Positions 35,570-44,392 of a stretch of DNA of 57,631 nucleotides are shown piece by piece. Source of the stretch: Candidatus Curtissbacteria bacterium (GTDB lineage: Bacteria > Patescibacteriota > Microgenomatia > Curtissbacterales > GWA2-41-24); assembly GCA_024654445.1 (NCBI GenBank), contig JANLHP010000017.1:210524-268154 (forward strand), in the 5' to 3' direction. The notes under the pieces were generated by a model. The model was not told the origin of the DNA and ran no database searches. It saw nothing but the letters and a program-made list of their open reading frames with translations. Position 1 is the first letter of the stretch. Each line of letters starts with the position of its first letter. The position numbers and the translations under genes are program-made.

Positions 35570-38053
35570 ATGATTAAGAAATATCCTTTGCGTATTTTCT
35601 TGCTCTTTACCGTTCTAACTCTGATTATATTTTGGCCCATATTAATGGGAAAAGTCAACCTGAACGGCAATCTTTTAGTTTCTTATTACCCGCCTTATAG
35701 TGAAAACCTGCCATTCAAGAACACTGGTTGGGATCAGCTGCGAATTTATTTTCCGTTTTACCAAGTCACTTTCGAACAATTTCGCAATTTTATTATTCCT
35801 TTGTGGAACCCATACGCGTTTTCGGGGCACCCTCATGCAGCTGATTTTCAAAGCGCCGTTTTTTACCCTTTAAATGTTTTTGGCTTGTTTTTGCCCCAGA
35901 TTGAGCTTTGGCATCTACTCAGGGTAACTCCGACGATTTTAGCCTCGTTTTTTATGTTTCTGTATCTGCGCAGCCTTAAGCTTGTTAAGATTGCCGCTAT
36001 TTTTGGAGCGTTAACTTTCGGTTTTAGCCCTTTTATTCTGACATGGGGAGAAGAAGTGGTGATGTCGCCTCATTCAATTTTGTGGCTGCCCCTAATCTTA
36101 CTTGCGATTGAACGATTCGATCTTCTTTCTTCCCGTCATCCTGAGCGAAGCGAAGGATCTCAAACTTCGACAATTAGAAACAGATTGCTTCGCTCAGCTC
36201 GCAACGACAAGAAATGGTATTTGCTGATAATTTCTCTTTCGACCGCGTTTAGCTTCCTTGCGGGCTACATGCAGACTTCTATTTATCTTTTTATTTTTGT
36301 CGCTTTTTACATACTTTTTAGGCTTGGTCTCAAGCCCCTATTCACGCGTGATGGGGCAAAACTTATTGGTGCTTTTGTGCTTGGGGCGATGCTTGCCGCT
36401 ATTCAGCTTGTTATTTCCGCGGAAATATTTGTAAATTCAGCGCGGTCTCAGATCGCCTTAACAGAGACACTTTTTGAGTTTTTGGTTCCTGTCGAGGGGC
36501 TCTTGACGTTTATCGCGCCTGATTTTTTCGGGCATCCGGCAACCTACAATATGTTTCGCGGAGGCTCCGCGCAATATTACGAAGCAATAATGTTTAGCGG
36601 TATCGCCGCTCTTCTTTTTGCCCTTTATTCGATTTACGCGAAATATAAAGACAAGCTTGTTCTTTTTCTGACGGTATTTGTTGTTGTTTCTCTATCGACG
36701 ACTTTAGATTTGCCGACATCGAGGCTATTTCTTTCTCTGCCGATTCCTTTCCTTTCGACTTCAATTGCCAACAGAATTCTTTTTATTGATGCATTTTGTA
36801 TCGCAACCCTGGGGGCTATTGGTCTTAATGAATGGCTGACGAAGGGGGGGGAGGGGATTTTGAGAGTGGTTGCTGCTTTGGCCGTAGTTTACATCTTTGT
36901 GATTGGGTATCTTTTGGCAGCAAAGCAATTTGGACTACCTTACTTTGAGAGGGGTGGGGCTCCAATCGGTCAAACCGTAAATATTAGCCTAAGAAATATG
37001 GTAATTCCGTTTGGAGTCTTCACAATTACGACATTTTTGGTCGTTTTTGCAACATTTTTTGCCAAATTCAAGAAAAATGTTGCCATTTTGATCATTTTTA
37101 TTGCATTTTTGCACATTTTTTACTTTTCTTGGAAGTATTTTTCGTTTAGTGATAGAAAATACGTCTTTCCAACAAGTCCGGAGTTGAGTTTTATCAGAGA
37201 TCATCAGGAGAATTTCAGGTCGTGGGGAATAGGGGACGCTTTTTTTGAAGTGAATTTTGCGAGTCAATACGGTCTTTACTGGCCAGAAGGGTATGACTCT
37301 CTCAACAACAAGAGCTATGGAGAGTTTACGTACGCGATGCAGGGGCAAGACCTTAGCTCGTTCACATTTCGGGCGGATGCGAGCTTGGGGCGGAGTGACA
37401 CCGCGACTATTCTGGGTAGCGAGGCGAGAAGAAGACTGGTTGACATGGTAGGTGTCAAATACGTTATCGGGAAAAACAGTGAAAGTGAGCTAATTACCAA
37501 AAACAACTTCAAGAAAGTTTTTGAAGGGAATAAGTATTCAGTTTTCGAGAATTTACAAGTTGTACCGAGGGTGATGCTTGCCTCTAATTATGAGGGACCG
37601 CCTGATTTTAAGGATGATTCCCTGAGTGATTCCGAAGTTAAAAAGATACGACGAAGCAGGATCTTTGAAAAACTGACGAGGAAAGATTTTGACTTCCGAA
37701 ACACTGTGATTTTGGAAGAACCTTCTCCTATCAGTCCGCAGTTTGGGGAGGGAAGTGCGCAAATAACTAGGTATGAACCTTCTGAAGTTGTGGTTAAAAC
37801 AAGATCCGAACAGCCGAAATTGTTGGTTTTAAGCGACAATTATTTTCCCGGGTGGAAGGCGACGGTTGATGGGGATGAGGTCAAGATTTTGCGGGCTAAT
37901 TACACATTTCGCGCTGTTCCTCTAACTCCTGGCGAGCACAGCGTGAGGTTTGTTTACGATCCGCTGTCATTTAAGTTGGGTGTGATTGTTTCTGCGGTGA
38001 GCCTAGGGGCACTAGTTGTCTTCTTTATGAGGCCACGTTTTAAATTGACCTAA
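35570..38053 (+). CDS. YfhO-family polytopic membrane protein (putative GT-C glycosyltransferase)
   Basis: PLWNPYAFSGHPH.A..QSAVFYPL, FFGHPAT.N, LVLSDNYFPGWKATVDG..ILRANYTFRAV. Confidence 0.9.
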   Translation: MIKKYPLRIFLLFTVLTLIIFWPILMGKVNLNGNLLVSYYPPYSENLPFKNTGWDQLRIYFPFYQVTFEQFRNFIIPLWNPYAFSGHPHAADFQSAVFYPLNVFGLFLPQIELWHLLRVTPTILASFFMFLYLRSLKLVKIAAIFGALTFGFSPFILTWGEEVVMSPHSILWLPLILLAIERFDLLSSRHPERSEGSQTSTIRNRLLRSARNDKKWYLLIISLSTAFSFLAGYMQTSIYLFIFVAFYILFRLGLKPLFTRDGAKLIGAFVLGAMLAAIQLVISAEIFVNSARSQIALTETLFEFLVPVEGLLTFIAPDFFGHPATYNMFRGGSAQYYEAIMFSGIAALLFALYSIYAKYKDKLVLFLTVFVVVSLSTTLDLPTSRLFLSLPIPFLSTSIANRILFIDAFCIATLGAIGLNEWLTKGGEGILRVVAALAVVYIFVIGYLLAAKQFGLPYFERGGAPIGQTVNISLRNMVIPFGVFTITTFLVVFATFFAKFKKNVAILIIFIAFLHIFYFSWKYFSFSDRKYVFPTSPELSFIRDHQENFRSWGIGDAFFEVNFASQYGLYWPEGYDSLNNKSYGEFTYAMQGQDLSSFTFRADASLGRSDTATILGSEARRRLVDMVGVKYVIGKNSESELITKNNFKKVFEGNKYSVFENLQVVPRVMLASNYEGPPDFKDDSLSDSEVKKIRRSRIFEKLTRKDFDFRNTVILEEPSPISPQFGEGSAQITRYEPSEVVVKTRSEQPKLLVLSDNYFPGWKATVDGDEVKILRANYTFRAVPLTPGEHSVRFVYDPLSFKLGVIVSAVSLGALVVFFMRPRFKLT
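36135..36208. repeat. REP-like palindrome inserted in frame within the YfhO gene
   Basis: GTCATCCTGAGCGAAGCGAAGGATCT...AGATTGCTTCGCTCAGCTCGCAACGAC, translated RHPERSEGSQTSTIRNRLLRSARND. Confidence 0.85.
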
Positions 38054-38144
38054 TTTTTCTAATTTCTAATTAATCTAAACAATCCCCAATTATAAAAGTC
38101 CTAAGTGTATTTATTAGAAATTAGGTAATTAGAAATTTTCAGGA

Positions 38145-39452
38145 TTATTTTAAAGCGAAATCGATTGATGGGTTGATTTGGTTTTCTTTAAGAAACTCCT
38201 GGTTGATTGTAACGGTTGGTAAGTAGTTTTGCGCGATAAAAGCGGAAAGTAAATTGCCAGTTCGTTTATGTCCAGGAACATTAAAATGTCCATCTCTTTC
38301 AAAATAATAATCTTGAGAATTTTTAACGGCCATGAATTTTAGAAAGTCCAAATTAGCGATTTTCTTATCGTTGAGAAAGTCCCGAAACTCCCTTTGAGGC
38401 TGCTCTTCTTCCAGCTTGTAACCATCTTCAATCTGTCTTCCGATCGACTTTGCTTGTTGCGGGTCAGTTAGGATGGTAACTATAAACGCGCTTTGATTTT
38501 GTGTAACCAGGTCGTTAATTCCGGCGATTAAGGTTTTGGATTTTTCAATTCCTTGTAAAATTTCAGCGACACACGAAGTATTTGTCGCAGTAATATTTGA
38601 AAGACAAGGAACCGCTTCTTCTTGAGAGATCGACTTTGGAGGATTTTCTTGAAACCCGAGTGATTTTTTAATTTTTTTAACTGTATTTGGAGAGCCTTTT
38701 TCCATTGCAGACATTAAAAGGATTCCGAGGTGGGTATTTCTGACAACAGGAATTTCGTATATCCAGTTTTTCTGGTAAATATTTACGATGTAACCGTCTT
38801 CTGTTGACTGAAACTTGGATGTGATTTTATGCGGCAAGCCTCTTTCGTCTACCTCATCCCAGTTCATTTCCAGTAGATCGGTGACGTCGTTGTAAGGGAA
38901 GAGGTTGAGAACAACAAGGTCGGGTTTATACTTTAGACCCATTTCATTTAAGAAAACGTAATAGCTATCTAGGGTTTTACCGCCAGTAAAACCCGCGTTG
39001 ATGACTTCGAAGTTTGTATCAAGATTTGATTCTTTCGACCAGGTATTAAGGTTGTTTTCAAGAACTTTGGCGAAAGTTTCTTCTTCGTTTACTCCCCAGC
39101 CAAAGGTCATTGAATCTCCAAGCAAGAGAATCCTGTAAGTATTTTGAGGCTTTTCCAAAGATATTTCACGGCCACGAATTCCTTGTGAGTTTGTATCTAC
39201 TTTATGTCTAAATTCCAGAGTGTATGCGATATGGTCGTAGTCTTTAACATCTTTTTGAAGCGTAATTGGGAGGGTTTCTGTACTATCGAAAATATTCATT
39301 CCTCGAAGTCTGGCAAAGTTGTAAGTGTTTTGAGGAAGAGTGTGACGGACTATATATTCGCCGACAAGAATCGAAAAAGTAAACGTGAGCAGTGAGATTA
39401 CGAGGCCGATGATGGTCGCGTGCTTGATTAAGGTCTTAGATTTTTCCTGCAT
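38145..39452 (-). CDS. Membrane-anchored SGNH/GDSL-family protein
   Basis: TNSQGIRG, RILLLGDSMTFGWGV, EVINAG, DGHFN..GH. Confidence 0.9.
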   Translation of the reverse strand: MQEKSKTLIKHATIIGLVISLLTFTFSILVGEYIVRHTLPQNTYNFARLRGMNIFDSTETLPITLQKDVKDYDHIAYTLEFRHKVDTNSQGIRGREISLEKPQNTYRILLLGDSMTFGWGVNEEETFAKVLENNLNTWSKESNLDTNFEVINAGFTGGKTLDSYYVFLNEMGLKYKPDLVVLNLFPYNDVTDLLEMNWDEVDERGLPHKITSKFQSTEDGYIVNIYQKNWIYEIPVVRNTHLGILLMSAMEKGSPNTVKKIKKSLGFQENPPKSISQEEAVPCLSNITATNTSCVAEILQGIEKSKTLIAGINDLVTQNQSAFIVTILTDPQQAKSIGRQIEDGYKLEEEQPQREFRDFLNDKKIANLDFLKFMAVKNSQDYYFERDGHFNVPGHKRTGNLLSAFIAQNYLPTVTINQEFLKENQINPSIDFALK

Positions 39453-39466
39453 TTATTGGAGCGATA

Positions 39467-40222
39467 CTATTTGAGGGCGAAATCGACTGCTAGATTGATC
39501 GTAACTTCGTTCTGACCGGGTTGGATCTGGCTTGCTTTCTGCATGAGATCTGCTTCGCTTCTTGCCATCATCGGAACAGGGTATCCAAAATCACCTTGCT
39601 CTTGAATCTTTACAGCTTTGCCGAGTTTTCTTCCGGAAAGTTTCGCGAGTTCTTCGGCTTTACTCTTTGCTTCTTCTACCGCGTCTTCTCTGGCCTTACT
39701 CCTTGCTTGTTCCATGGTTTCATCGTCGATCGTTAGGTTCGGGCCGTAAAGGTTGGTTGCTCCATTTTGAGTGAGTGCTGCAAGTACCTCGTCCGATTTA
39801 TCAAAGTTTCGCACTGTGATTTCTAAAGTAGTCGAAACTTGATTAGTATTTGGTCGGGGAGGCGCGGGATAAATCATGGGTGCGGGTTCCGTGCCGCCTA
39901 CGGAAGTTTCATAGCCTGGCCCGCCGGAGAGGTTTTGAGTCTTGATATCTTTTTCCTCAACGCCTAGCTGTTTAATTGCCGAAACGAGATTTGATACTTT
40001 CTGGCTATTTTCTTCTCGAGCTTTGTCTAAGTTATCGTTTGTAGTCTCGATAGTTGCGGAGACTTTGGCGACATTTGGAGTTGCTTGAGTTCTACCCTCA
40101 GCGGTTACTGAAATTGTTTCTTGGGTTTTCGCTTCCCAGGGTCTTAGCCAAAAAGCGGCGAGAGTAAGAATTACAATTACTATTGGCCAAATAAGTGCTG
40201 TGTATCCTGGCTTATTTCTCAT
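39467..40222 (-). CDS. SIMPL (DUF541) domain protein
   Basis: TISVTAEG...ATPNVA, DIKTQN, AR.DAVEEAKSKAEELA, IQPGQNEV. Confidence 0.92.
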   Translation of the reverse strand: MRNKPGYTALIWPIVIVILTLAAFWLRPWEAKTQETISVTAEGRTQATPNVAKVSATIETTNDNLDKAREENSQKVSNLVSAIKQLGVEEKDIKTQNLSGGPGYETSVGGTEPAPMIYPAPPRPNTNQVSTTLEITVRNFDKSDEVLAALTQNGATNLYGPNLTIDDETMEQARSKAREDAVEEAKSKAEELAKLSGRKLGKAVKIQEQGDFGYPVPMMARSEADLMQKASQIQPGQNEVTINLAVDFALK

Positions 40223-40259
40223 ACGGGTGAGTTAAGAGTAGCGTGAAGGCTGTTTTTTG

Positions 40260-40675
40260 TCAATTTGAGCCAATTGGGTTTTTTGAGCCTTCCAGAATAA
40301 CTTTTTTAAGGACATCAAGGTCGATATCCTCCGTCTTTTTAAACCTGATACAGCTTTTGCCAATGCTTGCCTTTGGGAGATCGTCTTTATGAGCTTCGGC
40401 GACGTATTTTCCATCTTTTACACCGCAAACGTAGACGGAAATGTAGTTTTTTTGGCTAGCCAGAGCAATAGTTGCCCACTCTCCTTCGCGACCACTTGCA
40501 TACTTGTAGTGGTATTTTCCGTAACCAATCATGCCCGTTTCGATGTATGGTTTGAGCTTTGGAACTGTTTTTTTAATTAGTGCGTGGAGTTTTTTAATCT
40601 CGGATTTCTCGGCTCTTCGATGAGGTCGATATATTCTTCCGGAGTCTTAGCAGGAGTAGTTTTAAACATGTTCAT
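40260..40675 (-). pseudogene. DUF1801 (YdhG-like) gene with a single-base frameshift near 40605
   Basis: 5' frame MNMFKTTPAKTPEEYIDLIEEPR continues, if one A is added, as KSEIKKLHALIKKTVPKLKPYIETG-MIGYGKYHYKYASGREGEW...GKSCIRF. Confidence 0.8.
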
Positions 40676-40715
40676 AGTTGAGATTATATCAGGGCTGTGA
40701 TTTAAATTGAGTAAG

Positions 40716-41237
40716 ATGAACTTTTTGGCGATTCTTGTTATTGTTCTTAAATTTATTGTCCCTGCATTAATTCTAAAATTTCCGTTTCAAGCTTCGTGGG
40801 CTAACTATTTCCTGGACGTTGTAGACGGAGATATTCTACAAGCTATGGGAATGAACGAGGCTTTATATCAGAACGTTGATAAGGTGGCGGATTACGTTTC
40901 TTATATTTTCATGTTGATTGTTGGACTTAGATGGAGGATTAAAGGGTTAATTGTCGCCCTTTTTGCTTACAGGACGGTTGGGCAAATTTTATTTTTTGCA
41001 ACAGGGAATGAAATGATGTTTTTCTACTTTCAAAACTTTCTGGAGCCTCTTTTTATGGCGTATTCACTGTTGATTTTTAAGAGGGGATCAGAAGAAAAGG
41101 CTTATAAATCGTACAGAAAGCACATTATTTTAATCTGGGTGATTGTCATTGGATACAAGCTTTGGAACGAGTGGTATCTGCACTTTGCAAACATAGACCT
41201 GTCGACGATATTTTTCGGGTTTAACGGAGGCAGTTAG
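40716..41237 (+). CDS. Membrane hypothetical protein
   Basis: LDVVDG, YQNVDK..D, YR.VG motifs; multiple TMs. Confidence 0.75.
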   Translation: MNFLAILVIVLKFIVPALILKFPFQASWANYFLDVVDGDILQAMGMNEALYQNVDKVADYVSYIFMLIVGLRWRIKGLIVALFAYRTVGQILFFATGNEMMFFYFQNFLEPLFMAYSLLIFKRGSEEKAYKSYRKHIILIWVIVIGYKLWNEWYLHFANIDLSTIFFGFNGGS

Positions 41238-41620
41238 GTAGAGAGACGACCGCGGATTCTTTGAAAAACGTTGGGTTTTGAGAAAGATGATTGGATGAAA
41301 GGAGCGGGTTTTCCAGCTTTAAATCTGGAATTTTCTGTTTCCAATTCGTCTATTTTCGCATGAAGTTTGTTTATTTCTTCTTCGCGGCTTCTGATCCTCC
41401 TATTTTTACCGAAGATTGTTAGAGAATCTGTAATGGACCGCGCCAAATAAACTATCGAAGAAATTCCGACTCCAATTAGAATTGACGCGATTGTGATGAC
41501 ATAAAGCGGGACGTTGGTGAACGTGTACCCAAAAACGCGCAGCGTGATCGGCGCCGTATTCTGGAGCGCGAAAAACGAGAAAACTAATGCAACTAGCAAC
41601 GTAAAAATTAAACTTATCAT
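41234..41620 (-). CDS. LapA (DUF1049)-family protein
   Basis: FALQNT..ITL..FGY....PLY followed by coiled coil. Confidence 0.85.
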   Translation of the reverse strand: MISLIFTLLVALVFSFFALQNTAPITLRVFGYTFTNVPLYVITIASILIGVGISSIVYLARSITDSLTIFGKNRRIRSREEEINKLHAKIDELETENSRFKAGKPAPFIQSSFSKPNVFQRIRGRLST

Positions 41621-41694
41621 TCTAGATTAGAGGTTAATTGGAAAATGAAGGAATAAGAGGGGAATTTGGTAATAACATTGTAAGATGTTTTTGG

Positions 41695-42285
41695 TTAAAG
41701 TTTTTCTTTTTCCAGCATATGTTCACGGAAGACCTTTTTCTCTTCGTCTGCTGAAGGGAGGAGCGATTGGAGCACGTGGTGATATTTTCTCGGATTATGG
41801 ATTAGATAAAGCGATACCTCTTTTCCCAGAGCCCAGTTATAAAGTTTTAGAGAACCGTAATTTAAGATTCTGCCGATAACATCTTGCTCTATTCGGAGTG
41901 AACCTAGATGTTCTAATTTATACTTTTCTTCTCTCCTGAAAATTAACCCCTTTTTATGAATTATTTCTTTGGAAGTAATTTCGTAATATTCGTTTAACCA
42001 TTGGATGATGATAAAGATCATGATGAATGTTTTTACTAGAACCAGAAGTATGAAGAGAGGGATATTAAAGATAATTAAGTCAGGACTAATCGCGTTTTTT
42101 ACGGTTGGTGAAAGAATAAAATTGTGGAATATAATTATTCCTATCGCCGCGATTATTTCGAGGGCGAGGAGTCTTAAGACAAGGAAAGTAATACTTTCCC
42201 GGATTGTCAGGTGAGAGACTACAATTTGTTCTTCCTTACCGTTTTTGTTGAGTCCTAGGAGTTTTTTGTTTGCAATGCCAGGCAT
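41695..42285 (-). CDS. Membrane protein with bacterial PH domain
   Basis: W....YEIT...IIHKKGLI, EQD.IGRILNYGSL. Confidence 0.8.
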   Translation of the reverse strand: MPGIANKKLLGLNKNGKEEQIVVSHLTIRESITFLVLRLLALEIIAAIGIIIFHNFILSPTVKNAISPDLIIFNIPLFILLVLVKTFIMIFIIIQWLNEYYEITSKEIIHKKGLIFRREEKYKLEHLGSLRIEQDVIGRILNYGSLKLYNWALGKEVSLYLIHNPRKYHHVLQSLLPSADEEKKVFREHMLEKEKL

Positions 42286-42680
42286 TATTCAGTGGTTTTG
42301 CCGTCGAAATGTTCTTCGCTTGCTTCTGTTTCGGCTTTGGTGTGGTGGACGGTGCCGTCTTTGTGGTTTGGAGGAGAATAGACGGTATATAGTTTGAGGT
42401 CCTCGGTTTGTGAAGTGTTAACAACGTTATGTTTTGTTCCTTGGGGCACAATGATTGCGGAACCATCCTTGATGGGTGTTTCTTGGCCGTTTAAAATCGT
42501 TTTTCCTTTGCCTTTTTCAATCCTCAAAAATTGATCGAGATCATGAACTTCTTCTCCGATTGCCTCTCCAGGCTTAAGGCTCATTACCACGAGTTGAGAA
42601 TTTTTCGCGGTATACAGAACTCGGCGGAAGTCGTTATTCTCTAAAGTCGTTTTTTCGATGTTTGTGACAAGGCCTTTCAT
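42285..42680 (-). CDS. Cupin-domain protein
   Basis: NNDFRRVLYT...QLVVMSLKPGE.IGEEVH, LKLYTVYSPPNH. Confidence 0.92.
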   Translation of the reverse strand: MKGLVTNIEKTTLENNDFRRVLYTAKNSQLVVMSLKPGEAIGEEVHDLDQFLRIEKGKGKTILNGQETPIKDGSAIIVPQGTKHNVVNTSQTEDLKLYTVYSPPNHKDGTVHHTKAETEASEEHFDGKTTE

Positions 42681-42707
42681 GTGAATAATAATAGCACGGG
42701 GGAAAAG

Positions 42708-43118
42708 TTACTTGTCGACTTTTTGCTCGACTTCCTGGGGAGTTGTGGGCTTAACGAGCTGCATAAGTTCGACTAAACCGTAGGCGATTAATGCGTAGAC
42801 AAGCATCGCGACGATTGTCGTCCATTCGAAAACAGAGCCTTCGGTGACAGTTACACGGAATAGAGTTCTGAAAGGAGAGGTCAATGGGTCGCTGAGAGTG
42901 TAGACAAGGTCTGCGAATCCGCTTGCGGGGTTTGCGCCTAGTGCTTTTAAGGTAAATCTCAGGGCGAGCAAGACTTCGACAACACCAAAAACGTACCAGA
43001 TTATCTGATAAGTTCTAAAAATGGCTTTTTTCTTTTGATAAACGCTTTGCGGGTGTTCTGCAGTAACCGGGGGAGTTGTGGTTGTAGTTGTTTTAACTTC
43101 TCTTTCAACCGTAGCCAT
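42708..43118 (-). CDS. YggT-like membrane protein
   Basis: EVLLALRF.LKALGANP..GF...VY..S.PL..PF; ATG 43118 preferred. Confidence 0.8.
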   Translation of the reverse strand: MATVEREVKTTTTTTPPVTAEHPQSVYQKKKAIFRTYQIIWYVFGVVEVLLALRFTLKALGANPASGFADLVYTLSDPLTSPFRTLFRVTVTEGSVFEWTTIVAMLVYALIAYGLVELMQLVKPTTPQEVEQKVDK

Positions 43119-43162
43119 GTCTAAGTTCACTATAGCAAAGGTGGAACTCAATGCCAAGGGTG

Positions 43163-43210
43163 TTGACGAGTAGGAAATGAGAAGCTATACTAAATGCAAG
43201 TTACTTGCAT
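43163..43210 (+). promoter_or_regulatory. Sigma-70 promoter with overlapping 8-1-8 Fur/Zur-type operator
   Basis: TTGACG-17 bp-TATACT; ATGCAAGT-T-ACTTGCAT at 43194-43210. Confidence 0.8.
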
Positions 43211-43636
43211 ATGATACAGATTAAACACGATTGTCGGGAGGAACTAAGAGAAGCAGATCTTAAGGCTACTCCCGCACGCTTGGGTATTCTTCAGGCGCTT
43301 GAGCACACAAGCAAACCGCTGGATGTCAATTCCCTCATTAGTTATCTCAAACGACACAACATAAAAGCAGACGATGTGACCGTTTTCCGCATTATGCATA
43401 TGCTTTCTGATCGTGGCCTTGTGACGCCCCTTCAACTTGGAGAGGGTAAATTTCGTTATGAGCATAGCGGAAGAGAAGACCACCACCATTTTATTTGCGA
43501 AAGCTGCGGATCGATAGAGGACGTTTCGGACTGCAATATCAATGTTATAGAAAAAGAAATTCAGAAAAAGAAAGGGTTTTTGGTCAAAAGACACAGCCTG
43601 GAATTTTTTGGAATCTGTAAATCATGTCGACACTAA
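43211..43636 (+). CDS. Fur-family regulator (probably Zur)
   Basis: LKATPARL.IL, TVFR, HHHFICESCG, HSLEFFGICKSC; upstream of a ZIP transporter. Confidence 0.92.
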   Translation: MIQIKHDCREELREADLKATPARLGILQALEHTSKPLDVNSLISYLKRHNIKADDVTVFRIMHMLSDRGLVTPLQLGEGKFRYEHSGREDHHHFICESCGSIEDVSDCNINVIEKEIQKKKGFLVKRHSLEFFGICKSCRH

Positions 43637-44391
43637 GCTACATTTTAATTTTTACCTTTATCGGTAGTATCGGAGCTCTTATTGGAGGGTTAGCGCTTCT
43701 GGCCAATAAATCTTTCGCGCAGAGAATTTCGCATTTTCTTGCCGCTTTTGCCGCAGGGACTCTTTTGGGGGCAGCATTTTTTGATTTGCTTCCGGAGGCT
43801 GCCCACGAGGCCGAAGAATTGGGAATAGACGTTTATTTGTGGGTTCTTACAGGCATCATAGTTTTCTTTTTAATGGAAAGGTTTATACATTGGTTTCACC
43901 ATCACGAAAAACAGCATCAGCTGGAAGCAGAAGAAAAATCTACGATTCCTTTGATTGTTGCAGGAGACACGCTTCACAATTTCGTGGATGGTGTTGTAAT
44001 TGCCGCGACATTTTTGGTTAGTGTTCCGCTTGGGATTGTAAGCACTTTCGCTGTTTTTGCGCACGAATTACCACAGGAAATCGGCGATTTCGGGCTTTTA
44101 CTTCACAAGGGGCTTTCTCGAAAGAAAGTTATTTTAGTAAATATACTTAGCGCCGCCGCCGCTTTTTTGGGTGCTGTTCTAACTTACACGACAGGAGAAG
44201 TACTTGAAAGACAAGTACCTATCCTTTTGGCGATTACTTCGGGATTTTTTATCTATATTGCGACTTCGGATTTGATGCCCGAAATTAATATGGAGAAAAA
44301 TAAAAAGTTCACTCTTATCAAAACCGGACTGCTTCTGGTGGGGATTTTAACAATTTACTTCGCGGTGTCTTTTCTGGAGCACGGACGTTGA
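43624..44391 (+). CDS. ZIP-family metal transporter
   Basis: FAAGTLLG.AFFDLLPEA, GDTLHNFVDG, HELPQEIGDF. Confidence 0.95.
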   Translation: MSTLSYILIFTFIGSIGALIGGLALLANKSFAQRISHFLAAFAAGTLLGAAFFDLLPEAAHEAEELGIDVYLWVLTGIIVFFLMERFIHWFHHHEKQHQLEAEEKSTIPLIVAGDTLHNFVDGVVIAATFLVSVPLGIVSTFAVFAHELPQEIGDFGLLLHKGLSRKKVILVNILSAAAAFLGAVLTYTTGEVLERQVPILLAITSGFFIYIATSDLMPEINMEKNKKFTLIKTGLLLVGILTIYFAVSFLEHGR

Positions 44392-44392
44392 T

